Assembly (NCBI GenBank): GCA_040752895.1
Contig: JBFMHN010000001.1
Location: forward strand, 163,213-227,212
Origin: Pseudomonadota bacterium
Lineage (GTDB): Bacteria; Pseudomonadota; Alphaproteobacteria; GCA-2746255
Length of the DNA: 64,000 bases
Direction of reading: 5' to 3'
Of this stretch, positions 51,634 to 60,452 are shown in pieces. Within the stretch, counting starts at the first letter, position 1. Every line of letters starts with the position of its first letter. The translations under genes and the position numbers were made by a program. The notes under the pieces were generated by a model. The model made no database searches, was not told the origin of the DNA, and saw only the letters and a list, made by a program, of their open reading frames with translations.

Positions 51634-53646
51634 ATGCCCACTTCAGTAAAAAGTTTTCTTGCGCCGAACTTCTTCCTACGCCTGAAACGCGGGACGGTTT
51701 TATTTCTCCTTTCTTCTCTGACCTTCCTGCCGCTGCCCGCCTTTTCGGCGGAGGGCGAGGAGGGGAAAGAGCCGGCCACGTCGACGCTTCCCGAGGTCGT
51801 CGTTACCGCCACGCGCATTGCAACACCCAGGGAGCAGGTTGCCTCCTCGATCACCGTGATCACGGCGGACGAGATCGCGCGTCGGCAATACCGCGTGATT
51901 GAAGACGCCCTGCGCTCCGTGTCGAGCTTGAGCGTCGTTCGCAACGGCGGCCCCGGTAAGAACACGGCGGTCTTTAGCCGAGGCAGCAGCGCAAACCATA
52001 CGCTCGTCCTGCTCGACGGGATTGAGATGAACGATCCCAGCACGCCGGACGGCCGGATGAATTTTGCCGGTCTTCCGATCGAGGATGTCGAGCGGATCGA
52101 GGTTCTGCATGGGCCACAGGGCACTCTCTATGGTTCGGACGCGATCGGTGCCGTCGTCAACATCATCACGAAAAAAGGCTCGGGCGCGCCGACAGCGACG
52201 CTGAGCCTGGAAGGCGGCTCCTTCGACACTTTCCGCCAGATGTTAAATCTGCGCGGCGGGGAAAAGCTCTTCGATTACTCCGTCACTTTCCAGGGCGTTA
52301 CGACCGACGGCGTCTCCGTCGCGCCGGCCCGTTTTACGCCGGCCGGAAGCGTGAAGGACAAGGACGGCTATGACAATCAGACCGTTTCCGCCAATCTGGG
52401 CATCACGCCGAACGAGATCCTCGCGTTCCGCTTCACGGGCCGCTTCACGGATCTTCGGAATGACCTCGACCTCAACGTCTTTCCCATCCAGGCGGACAAC
52501 GACAGCCACGACGAAGAGGATCGCCTTTTCCTGGGCGGGGAGGCTTCCCTCTCGCTTTTCGAGGGCCGCAGCGAGCACCGCCTCGCCGCGACCTACACGG
52601 ACTATAACCGGATCGTTCGGGACGATCCGGACGCCTTCAACCCGTTCGATTTCTTGCGCAGCAAAGCGGTCGGCGAGAAGCTGAAATTCGAGATCCAGAA
52701 CGACTTCCGCTTCGTCGAAAACCATGTCCTGACGCTTGGCCTGGAGACCGAGGAAGAAAAAATCAAAACAAGCACGGATTCCGATAGCCTGTTCGGTCCG
52801 TTTACGTCCGCGGCCAAGGCGGACGTGCAGACGAACGCGGTCTATCTTCAGGACCAGTTTGCTTATCGCGACCGTTTCTTCGGGACGCTTGGCGTCCGGT
52901 TGGACGATCCCGACAGCTTCGGCTCGGAAACCACCTATCGCATAGCGCCCGCCTACCTGCACCGCGAGACGGGCACGAAAGTTCGCGGCGCCTATGCGAA
53001 AGGCTTCAAGGCTCCCGCCTTGTTCCAGCTTTTCGGTTCCTCGATCTCCGGCTTCGGCGTCTTTTCCGGCAACCCGAATCTGAAGCCCGAAGTCAGCCGG
53101 GGCTGGGAGATAGGTTTTGACCAAGGTCTCTTCGACCGGCGTCTGACCGTCGGCGTCACCTATTACGAGAACGACATCAAGAACCTGATCGAAGGCACTG
53201 CCACGACAAACCTGAACATCGGCAAGGCCGAGACGAAGGGGGTTGAGGTAACCGCCACGGCAAAGCTTCTCGAAAACCTCGACCTCGATGCGCGCTATGC
53301 TTATACGCGGGCGGAGAACAGCACGACCGGACAGGAACTTCTGCGCCGGCCCTTGCACAAGGCGGGTTTTGACTTTGCTTACCGGCCGATCACGGAACTC
53401 CGGCTCAACCTTGGCGGAACCTATATCGGCCGCCGCCATGACATCGACGCCCTTACCTTCGGACGCGTCAAGGGCGCCGGCTACTTCCTGGCCGATGTCG
53501 CCGCCACATACGACGTGGCGGAAGGGTGGCAGGCTTTCGGCCGGCTCGAGAACGCCTTCAGCCACAAAGTCGAAGACCCGGACGGTTTCGGGCAGCCGGG
53601 CTTTGCTTTCTTCCTGGGGCTGAAGAGGTCTCTGGAGATTTTCTGA
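51634..53646 (+). CDS. btuB: TonB-dependent outer-membrane receptor (cobalamin/BtuB-type)
   Basis: Signal peptide MPTSVKSFLAPNFFLRLKRGTVLFLLSSLTFLPLPAFSA, a TonB box TLPEVVVTATR, plug and 22-strand barrel, and a C-terminal aromatic residue. Controlled by the B12 riboswitch. Confidence 0.8.
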   Translation: MPTSVKSFLAPNFFLRLKRGTVLFLLSSLTFLPLPAFSAEGEEGKEPATSTLPEVVVTATRIATPREQVASSITVITADEIARRQYRVIEDALRSVSSLSVVRNGGPGKNTAVFSRGSSANHTLVLLDGIEMNDPSTPDGRMNFAGLPIEDVERIEVLHGPQGTLYGSDAIGAVVNIITKKGSGAPTATLSLEGGSFDTFRQMLNLRGGEKLFDYSVTFQGVTTDGVSVAPARFTPAGSVKDKDGYDNQTVSANLGITPNEILAFRFTGRFTDLRNDLDLNVFPIQADNDSHDEEDRLFLGGEASLSLFEGRSEHRLAATYTDYNRIVRDDPDAFNPFDFLRSKAVGEKLKFEIQNDFRFVENHVLTLGLETEEEKIKTSTDSDSLFGPFTSAAKADVQTNAVYLQDQFAYRDRFFGTLGVRLDDPDSFGSETTYRIAPAYLHRETGTKVRGAYAKGFKAPALFQLFGSSISGFGVFSGNPNLKPEVSRGWEIGFDQGLFDRRLTVGVTYYENDIKNLIEGTATTNLNIGKAETKGVEVTATAKLLENLDLDARYAYTRAENSTTGQELLRRPLHKAGFDFAYRPITELRLNLGGTYIGRRHDIDALTFGRVKGAGYFLADVAATYDVAEGWQAFGRLENAFSHKVEDPDGFGQPGFAFFLGLKRSLEIF

Positions 53647-54476
53647 TGTTTCGATGGGGCGGTGCGTTCCTGGTTGTCGCTTTTGTCGGGGGGTTCCTCG
53701 CTCATGCGGCGGAAGCGCGGCCGGAACGCATCGTCTCCATCAATCTTTGCGCGGATCAACTGCTGCTTCTTCTGGTCGAGCCTTCGCGTATTCGCTCCTT
53801 GAGTTACTACGCCCTCGACCCCGAAGAATCTTATTTTGCCGAGCGGGCGAAGCCCTTTCCCATCAACCATGTGACGGCGGACGAGGTGCTGGCGTTCGAG
53901 CCGGATATCGTCCTGGCCGGCTCCTATACGAGTCGTTCGACGGTTGATCTTTTGAAACGAAGAGGAGTTCACGTTGTCGAGCTTCCGGTGCCGACAACGC
54001 TTACCGAGGTGCGCGCGCAATTTCTGGAGGTGGCGGAACTTCTGGACGCCCGACCGAAAGCCGAGGGCTTGCTTGCCGAAATGACCGAACGGCTGGAGGC
54101 CGTTTCCGCCCGTGTCAAGAATACGCAAAAACCGTTGGCGGCGGTTTATTTCGCGAACGGGCTGACGGCCGGCAAAGGGACGCTCATGGACGACGTCATG
54201 CGCGTGGCTGGCATCGAAAACCTGGCCGGTCGTTTGGGTATCGAAGGCTATGGCAGTCTTTCCCTTGAACGCCTGCTGGTGAGCCAGCCGGACATGATCA
54301 TTCTCGGCCAGCTCTCGCCGGAGAGTCCTTCCCTTGCCCGCTTGGTGCTGGAGCATCCCGCCTTCCGGCTGTTGCACGCGCACGCGAAGACGGTGGCGGT
54401 GCCGCGCCGCTTGTGGACGTGCTGGGGGCCCTTTACGGCGGAATGGGTCGAGCGCCTGGCGGAGGCGCGGCCATGA
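53646..54476 (+). CDS. btuF: Periplasmic substrate-binding protein (BtuF/FecB-like, class III)
   Basis: Signal peptide MFRWGGAFLVVAFVGGFLAHAAEA. RIVSINLCADQLLLLL... is the Peripla_BP_2 fold. The ATG overlaps the btuB stop. Confidence 0.7.
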   Translation: MFRWGGAFLVVAFVGGFLAHAAEARPERIVSINLCADQLLLLLVEPSRIRSLSYYALDPEESYFAERAKPFPINHVTADEVLAFEPDIVLAGSYTSRSTVDLLKRRGVHVVELPVPTTLTEVRAQFLEVAELLDARPKAEGLLAEMTERLEAVSARVKNTQKPLAAVYFANGLTAGKGTLMDDVMRVAGIENLAGRLGIEGYGSLSLERLLVSQPDMIILGQLSPESPSLARLVLEHPAFRLLHAHAKTVAVPRRLWTCWGPFTAEWVERLAEARP

Positions 54477-55504
54477 TGGGTATGCCAGCACCCGGAAAAA
54501 CGGTCGGCAAGGCCGCGTCGCTTTTTCCGCTGGCGGGCGGGCTTTTCCTTCTCCTCCTGGTTCTTGCCGCGCTCTCCCTTTCCCTCGGCAAGGTGGACGT
54601 ACCGTTGCGGGAAGCGATCCAAGGGCTGTTCGCGGAGGACCCGCCGCTCACCTCCGTCCTGCTTTTCGAAATCCGTCTGCCGCGTACGATCCTTGCGATC
54701 CTTGTCGGCGGCAGCCTGGGCCTTTGCGGGGCGGCGTTGCAGGGGCTTCTTCGCAATCCGCTGGCCGAGCCGGGCCTGATCGGGATTTCCAGCAGCGCCG
54801 CCTTGGGTGCCGTCTGCATGCTTTATTTTGGGTATGCGCAAGTCTTTCCGTTGGCGTTGCCGATGGGCGGCATCGCGGGCGCGCTTGTCGTCGTCTTTCT
54901 TCTCTATGGGATAGCGGGCCGCGATGCCAGCATCCTGACTTTGATCCTCGCAGGGGTCGCCATCAGCAGTTTTGCCGCGGCATTGACGTCGCTTGCCTTG
55001 AATCTGGCGCCCAGCCCCTATGCCGCCTACGAGATCGTGTTCTGGCTTCTTGGCTCACTCGCTGACCGCAGTTTCGATCACGTGATGCTGGTGGCGCCTT
55101 TGATGTTCCTGGGGTGGGTCTTGCTGATGAGTACGGGCCGCGCGCTCGATGCGCTTTCGCTTGGCGAGGAAACGGCGTCGACGCTTGGCTTTCATCTTCC
55201 GCGGGTGCGCTTTGCCGTCATCGTCGGCACGGCGCTTGCCGTCGGCGCGGCCGTTGCCGTGACCGGCGGCATCGCTTTCATCGGCCTTGTCGTGCCGCAT
55301 TTGCTGCGTCCACTCGTCGGTCATCAGCCGAGCCGGCTTTTGGGCATCAGCGCACTCGGGGGTGCGGTTCTTTTGCTGGCCGGCGATATTGCGGTGCGCG
55401 TTTTTTCGCCGGGGCTTGAACTCAAGCTCGGCGTGCTGACAGCGGTGATCGGGGCCCCCTTCTTCCTGTATCTCATCCTCAAGACCCGGAGGGAGATGCG
55501 ATGA
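54473..55504 (+). CDS. btuC: FecCD-family ABC permease
   Basis: Polytopic FecCD/BtuC-like (ILAILVGGSLGLCGAALQGLLRNPLAEPGLIGISS). Confidence 0.8.
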   Translation: MMGMPAPGKTVGKAASLFPLAGGLFLLLLVLAALSLSLGKVDVPLREAIQGLFAEDPPLTSVLLFEIRLPRTILAILVGGSLGLCGAALQGLLRNPLAEPGLIGISSSAALGAVCMLYFGYAQVFPLALPMGGIAGALVVVFLLYGIAGRDASILTLILAGVAISSFAAALTSLALNLAPSPYAAYEIVFWLLGSLADRSFDHVMLVAPLMFLGWVLLMSTGRALDALSLGEETASTLGFHLPRVRFAVIVGTALAVGAAVAVTGGIAFIGLVVPHLLRPLVGHQPSRLLGISALGGAVLLLAGDIAVRVFSPGLELKLGVLTAVIGAPFFLYLILKTRREMR

Positions 55505-56298
55505 GCCTGGTCGAGGCAGAGGCGCTCACGGTTCGCTTCCGCGATCATACCGTTCTCGATGGGACTGGTTTGGCGGCGGCGAAAGGCGAATTGATCGGCC
55601 TCATCGGCGAGAACGGCGCCGGCAAGACAACGCTGCTGCGCGTTCTTGCCGACCTTCAGCCGACGGAGAAGGGCGAGGTACGCTTCGCCGGCGATCCGCT
55701 CGGCCGCATCCCGAAACGCGTCTATGCCCGCCAGATGGCCTATCTTCCCCAGGCCGCTTCCAGCCACTGGCCGCTCGAGGTTCGCCACCTCGTGGCCCTT
55801 GGCAGGCTTCCCCACCGGAACCCGTGGCAGCGGCTGGCCACCGCCGATTTCGAACGTGTCGAGGCAGTCCTTCGCTGGACGGATACGCTGCACCTTGCCG
55901 CCCGCACGGTGACGACGCTTTCAGGCGGCGAGCGCGTGCGCGTCATGCTGGCCCGGGCGCTTGCTTCCGAGCCGAAACTCTTGCTTGCCGATGAGCCGGT
56001 CGCCTCCCTCGATCCCTATCACCAACTTCAGGTCATGGAGCTTCTCCGCGAGGTTGCAAAACGGGGCGCCGCCGTCCTCGTCGTTCTTCACGACCTCACG
56101 CTTGCGGCACGCTTTTGCGACCGGCTTTTGCTGCTGCATGCGGGCAAGGTCTTGGCGGAAGGCTCGCCGGCAAACGTGCTGACGCCGGCGAATCTGGAAA
56201 GGGCTTATGCGATCACCGCCGAGTTCGGCGAGCGCGAAGGCGAGCGCTACCTGCTGCCCTGGCGGCGGCTGGATCGAAAGCCCGGCGCGGCGGAGTGA
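55501..56298 (+). CDS. btuD: ABC transporter ATP-binding protein (BtuD/FecE-like)
   Basis: Walker A GENGAGKTT, signature LSGGERVRV, Walker B LLLADEP. Confidence 0.85.
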   Translation: MSLVEAEALTVRFRDHTVLDGTGLAAAKGELIGLIGENGAGKTTLLRVLADLQPTEKGEVRFAGDPLGRIPKRVYARQMAYLPQAASSHWPLEVRHLVALGRLPHRNPWQRLATADFERVEAVLRWTDTLHLAARTVTTLSGGERVRVMLARALASEPKLLLADEPVASLDPYHQLQVMELLREVAKRGAAVLVVLHDLTLAARFCDRLLLLHAGKVLAEGSPANVLTPANLERAYAITAEFGEREGERYLLPWRRLDRKPGAAE

Positions 56299-56303
56299 AG
56301 CCG

Positions 56304-57011
56304 ATGACGATCCCGCCGGTGCGCCTCGCCGCTTACGTCTTTTCGGCGGCTGTTCATGCCAGCATCGTCGGTGCTGCGCTGCTGGTGTCTGGCGATGCCC
56401 CGCCACGGATGACCGACGTGGCGGGATTCGAAGTCGAGGTCGTGGTCGAACTGCCTGGAGGGCTTTTGGAAAACGCTGCCGAGGACGCCTTCGATTCGGC
56501 GCCGTCGGAGGTGCGGGAAACTTCTCCGGACCGCGAAACAGAGGCAAAAGCGGAAGCGCACCCGCCTTTACGGGCGGCACCATCGGCAGCGCCGGCGCCT
56601 TCGGTCGAAGCGCCACTTTCGGAGCCGCCCGCCGAGGGCGAGCAGGGAGTCGAAACCGCGTCCTTGCCGGCGGAGTTCGTCCAGCCGGCCAGCGCGGCGG
56701 CGGCGAAACCGGCCGAGAAGGGGCCGAGCCTTGCCCCGAGGCCGCTTGCCAATCCGCGGCCCATCTATCCGAGGGAAGCGCGGCGGAGGGGCGTCGAGGG
56801 CCATGTATTGCTTCGTGTCGTAGTCGGCGAGAAGGGGATGAGCGAAGCCGTCACCCTGCTTGAGACGAGCGGCTATTCCGTCCTCGACGAGGCGGCGATC
56901 GCGGCCATCCGGAAATGGCGATTTGAGCCCGCCCGCCGCGGCGGCACGCCGATGACGGCAGCGATCGACGTTCCGGTCACTTTCCGGATCAACCGGGAAG
57001 AAGAAGAATAG
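56304..57011 (+). CDS. tonB: TonB-family energy transducer
   Basis: N-terminal TM anchor, a Pro/Ala/Glu-rich spacer, and a C-terminal TonB domain (PIYPREARRRGVEGHVLLRVVVGEKGMSEAVTLLETSGYSVLDEAAIAAIRKWRFEPA). Confidence 0.75.
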   Translation: MTIPPVRLAAYVFSAAVHASIVGAALLVSGDAPPRMTDVAGFEVEVVVELPGGLLENAAEDAFDSAPSEVRETSPDRETEAKAEAHPPLRAAPSAAPAPSVEAPLSEPPAEGEQGVETASLPAEFVQPASAAAAKPAEKGPSLAPRPLANPRPIYPREARRRGVEGHVLLRVVVGEKGMSEAVTLLETSGYSVLDEAAIAAIRKWRFEPARRGGTPMTAAIDVPVTFRINREEEE

Positions 57012-57014
57012 GAC

Positions 57015-57887
57015 TCAAGCGCTCCGCCGGAGGCGGGCGATCAAGCTAGACGTATCCCACCCTGCGCCGCCCATCTTGACGACGTCGGCGTAGAAACGGT
57101 CCACCAGCAGGGTGACGGGAAGCTCGGCCCCGATTTCCCTCGCCTCCTCGAAACAGATCGCCAAATCCTTCCGCATCCACTTTACGGCAAAGCCGAAATC
57201 GAACTCACCGGCCAGCATGGTACGGGCGCGGTTGTCCATCTGCCAGGATTGGGCGGCGCCCTTGGAGATGACCGCGGCCACTCTCTCCATGTCGAGACCG
57301 GCCCGATGGCCGAAATTCAAGCCTTCGGCGAGCGCTTCGAGAAGGCCAGCGGCGCATATCTGGTTCACCATTTTCGTCAATTGGCCGGTGCCGACGTCGC
57401 CCATGCGCTGGACGAAACGCGCGTAAGCCTCGATGACGGGTCTTGTGCGCTCGAAATCGGCTTCCGCGCCGCCGGCCATCACCGTGAGCTTGCCTTCCTT
57501 CGCCCCCGCCTCGCCGCCGGAAACCGGGGCGTCGAGAAAGCCGACCCCGCACGCCTTTCCCTTTTCGGCAAGCGCACGGGCGACCTTGGCCGAGGCGGTC
57601 GTGTGGTCCGCCAGGACGGCCCCTTTCCCCATGCCGGCGAAGGCGCCGCTTTCTCCAAGGACAACACTTCGCAGATCGTCGTCGTTGCCGACGCAGGTGA
57701 AGACGAAATCGGCGCCCTCGGCCGCCTGCTTGGGCGTCGTCGCCAGTTTTCCCGAATGCTTGGCGCACCAGCTTTCCGCCTTTGCCAAGGTGCGATTCAC
57801 AACCGTCACGTCGTGGCCGGCGCGGGCCAGATGGCCCGCCATCGGAAACCCCATCACCCCAAGTCCGATGAAAGCAACCCGTGCCAT
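57015..57887 (-). CDS. 3-hydroxyisobutyrate-dehydrogenase-family NAD(P)-dependent oxidoreductase
   Basis: MARVAFIGLGVMGFPMAGHL... is the Rossmann motif. HIBADH-type catalytic region (GKACGVGFLDAPVSGG). Confidence 0.75.
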   Translation of the reverse strand: MARVAFIGLGVMGFPMAGHLARAGHDVTVVNRTLAKAESWCAKHSGKLATTPKQAAEGADFVFTCVGNDDDLRSVVLGESGAFAGMGKGAVLADHTTASAKVARALAEKGKACGVGFLDAPVSGGEAGAKEGKLTVMAGGAEADFERTRPVIEAYARFVQRMGDVGTGQLTKMVNQICAAGLLEALAEGLNFGHRAGLDMERVAAVISKGAAQSWQMDNRARTMLAGEFDFGFAVKWMRKDLAICFEEAREIGAELPVTLLVDRFYADVVKMGGAGWDTSSLIARLRRSA

Positions 57888-57898
57888 GCCCTCGCCGT

Positions 57899-58420
57899 TC
57901 AGACTTTTTGCCAGTGGCAGGTGAGGCGCAGCTCCTCCGTCGTATTGACGACGGTTGCGATACAGGCTTCGGCGCGTTCTTCCGGAATCCAAACGGCGAA
58001 GCGGATCAAGTACTGAACGCCCTCGGCACGCGGAATTCTTTCAGCATTCAGGCCTATGATGTTCGCGTCGTACTGAACGAAAACCTCGGAAAGGCGTGCG
58101 ATCAGGCCGGGGCTGTCGCCTCCGGTGACGCGGATGTAGTGGGTAAGTTTTCCGGACGGTCCATGCACAGCGGGAAGCTTGAAGGGGCTTACGGTGACTT
58201 TACCTTCACCGATCTCCGGCAATGCCTTTACCTCTTCCGCGATCGTTTCCGGCGTCACCGAATCGGGGATTTCGACGATGGCCGTAAACTCCGCCGCCCC
58301 GCCGAGGACGGCGAAGCTCGCGTCGCCCAGATTGGCGCCAAGCTCGAAGAGAAGGCCGGTAACCGCTGAAACCAGCCCCGTGCGGTCGGGGCAAAGGATG
58401 GAAACGAGGATGGTCTGCAT
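57899..58420 (-). CDS. ACT-domain regulatory protein (GcvR-like)
   Basis: Two tandem ACT-like halves (ILVSILCPDRTGLVSAVTGLLFELGANL and ...RVTGGDSPGLIARLSEVFVQYDANI). Confidence 0.55.
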   Translation of the reverse strand: MQTILVSILCPDRTGLVSAVTGLLFELGANLGDASFAVLGGAAEFTAIVEIPDSVTPETIAEEVKALPEIGEGKVTVSPFKLPAVHGPSGKLTHYIRVTGGDSPGLIARLSEVFVQYDANIIGLNAERIPRAEGVQYLIRFAVWIPEERAEACIATVVNTTEELRLTCHWQKV

Positions 58421-58498
58421 CGTAAAAGCAAGCCGTTGCTGTGAAAGGGATCTCATCATGGGCGAAAAGCCGGGAGATGGGAAGGGATGGTGCCGGCC

Positions 58499-58852
58499 TC
58501 ACGCCTCGGGCAACGAAGGAAAAACGTGGCGGCCCTCCTTATCCAATGGCAGGTCCAGCACCTCGACGACTGCCGCGACCGGCAAGGAGGCGTAGAGGTG
58601 GGGGAAGAGGCGCCCACTTCGCGAGGGCTCCCAGCGGAGCGCGTCGCCCACGGCGTCCACCCGCACGACGAGGAGCACGAGGTCTTTCTCGCCGGCGTGG
58701 TGGGTTGCCGTGCTTTCGGCGATTTGGGTGAGGTCGGAAAAATGAAGAAAGCCGTCGCGCCGGTCGTCCGCCGACCCGCCGTAGCTTCCTTCCGCCTTTG
58801 CCTTCACCCAAGCGGCGCGCGTGCAGGCGTGGAAGATATAGCGCGCTACCAT
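58499..58852 (-). CDS. DUF952 family protein
   Basis: 117 aa, YIFHACTRAAW...DGFLHFS pattern. Confidence 0.5.
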   Translation of the reverse strand: MVARYIFHACTRAAWVKAKAEGSYGGSADDRRDGFLHFSDLTQIAESTATHHAGEKDLVLLVVRVDAVGDALRWEPSRSGRLFPHLYASLPVAAVVEVLDLPLDKEGRHVFPSLPEA

Positions 58853-58855
58853 CGG

Positions 58856-59551
58856 TTAGCAGGGGTACGCTTCGACGCTGCGCGCAAAGCCGCCGAAAAG
58901 GTCGAGCAGGCGTTCCCGCCACGCCCGGATGGGGTCGTCCTCGGCAAGCAGAACGAAAGGGCTTACGCTTCGCACCCATTGAAAGGCGCCGAACACGATG
59001 TAGTCAGCGTAGGCCGGGTGTTCGCCACACAGAAACAGCTCCTTCTCCAGGGTGTGGCGAAGAACGTCGAGACGCGCGTGCAAAGACTCCAGGCGTTTCT
59101 CGCGCGTCGCTTGAACATCCTCAAGCGGTTCGCCAAAGCGCTTCTCGCGGGACTGGCGGTAATAGTCGCGATCTTCCGGCCGGACGTGATCGAAGATGTC
59201 CTTGGCGAACATCGGGGAAAGTTCGGCCAGCAGGACGCGGTCCGTCCACGCGTTGATGAAAAGCGCTTCCCCCCGGGCGATCGAATTTCCGAAAAGGGGC
59301 GGGCGGTCGGGATAGGCTTCTTCAAGGTAGCAGGCGATGCGCCAGGAATCGAAGACGGTTTTTCCGCGATCCACGAGGACGGGCACGCGGTCCTGCCCGC
59401 TGAACGCGATCTTTTCCTTCTCCATGAAGCCGACCGGCACGATCTCGTCCGGCTCCAACCCCTTGTGGGCAAGCGCCATCCGCGTTCGCCAGCAGAAGGG
59501 GGAGAACCGGCGATCTTCAGCGCCCTGCAATTCATAAAGAACGCGTGACAT
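58856..59551 (-). CDS. Glutathione S-transferase
   Basis: The N-terminal thioredoxin-like domain has SPFCWRTRMAL. Followed by a helical GST C-domain. Confidence 0.7.
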   Translation of the reverse strand: MSRVLYELQGAEDRRFSPFCWRTRMALAHKGLEPDEIVPVGFMEKEKIAFSGQDRVPVLVDRGKTVFDSWRIACYLEEAYPDRPPLFGNSIARGEALFINAWTDRVLLAELSPMFAKDIFDHVRPEDRDYYRQSREKRFGEPLEDVQATREKRLESLHARLDVLRHTLEKELFLCGEHPAYADYIVFGAFQWVRSVSPFVLLAEDDPIRAWRERLLDLFGGFARSVEAYPC

Positions 59552-59678
59552 TTTTTCTCCAAGGGTTGGCGGGTCCCACCCTAAGTCGCCGGTGGTAAAG
59601 GCGCAATCCTTGCGCTTTTACAAAAAAACCCCGCCCTTAGGGGGGGCAGGGTGAGGAGGGAACTTGCGATGGAAGGGG

Positions 59679-60428
59679 TCAATAAACCCCAGGGATCACC
59701 CGGGCCGTGCGGGCCTTGTAGGCTTCGTATTCGGGGAAAGTTTGCCCGAGGACGCTTTCCTCGTTCCGCATGCGCTGGATCTGAAGCGCGATATGAATCA
59801 ACAGCAACAGAATGGCCAGGGGTGAAAAATAAATCACGATGGCGCCGATAACGGCGACTTCTTCAGCCAGGTAGAGCGGATGCCGAATGTGCGAATAAAC
59901 GCCGTGCGTAACCAGTTCACGCGCTTCCGCCATGATACTGAACGAACGGCCAAGATAGCCGATGGCCACGACGGAAAAAGCGCTTCCAATCGCCACCAGG
60001 CCAAGGCCAAGAAGGCTTTGCCAAAGCGTTGCTTCCGGCGTCGGCAGGAGCACGATCGCCATCAGCAGAAAAGTGCCGGCCATGGCCGTAAGGCGTGGCT
60101 GAACGCCGGGCGCTTTCCGGATCGGCGGTTTGCGGATCAGAAACAATACGGCGATCAGCGACATAAAAAGCATCTTGCCAATCGTCGAGGCGGCTGCCGC
60201 AAAAATATGCACTTCCGCTTCCGTGGTTGCGAGGGGTTTTTCAAGCAGCCGAAGCAAGTCATGGCCTTCGGTCATGACAAGCAGCAGAAAATAGCCGGCG
60301 GGTAAAAAACCGCTAAGCTGGTTGAAAAGCGGGTGGTTCGTAACCCGCTGGAAAACAAGCTGCACCTGGCCGGCGGCCGATAAAAACGTATTCGTGAGTG
60401 GCGGGCTCGGGGTTTGAACTTCTTGCAT
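59679..60428 (-). CDS. Isoprenylcysteine-carboxyl-methyltransferase-family (ICMT/PEMT-like) membrane methyltransferase
   Basis: Polytopic protein with a C-terminal GVYSHIRHPLYLAEEVAVIG...RMRNEESVLGQTFPEYEAY signature. Confidence 0.65.
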   Translation of the reverse strand: MQEVQTPSPPLTNTFLSAAGQVQLVFQRVTNHPLFNQLSGFLPAGYFLLLVMTEGHDLLRLLEKPLATTEAEVHIFAAAASTIGKMLFMSLIAVLFLIRKPPIRKAPGVQPRLTAMAGTFLLMAIVLLPTPEATLWQSLLGLGLVAIGSAFSVVAIGYLGRSFSIMAEARELVTHGVYSHIRHPLYLAEEVAVIGAIVIYFSPLAILLLLIHIALQIQRMRNEESVLGQTFPEYEAYKARTARVIPGVY

Positions 60429-60452
60429 GCCGGCTCCGTTCCGTTGCGGGGG

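Noticed and set aside
51276-52124. 282-aa minus-strand ORF across the btuB leader and 5' end
   Set aside because: It overlaps the cobalamin riboswitch and the BtuB signal-peptide region. It has no RBS or motifs, so it is a shadow ORF.
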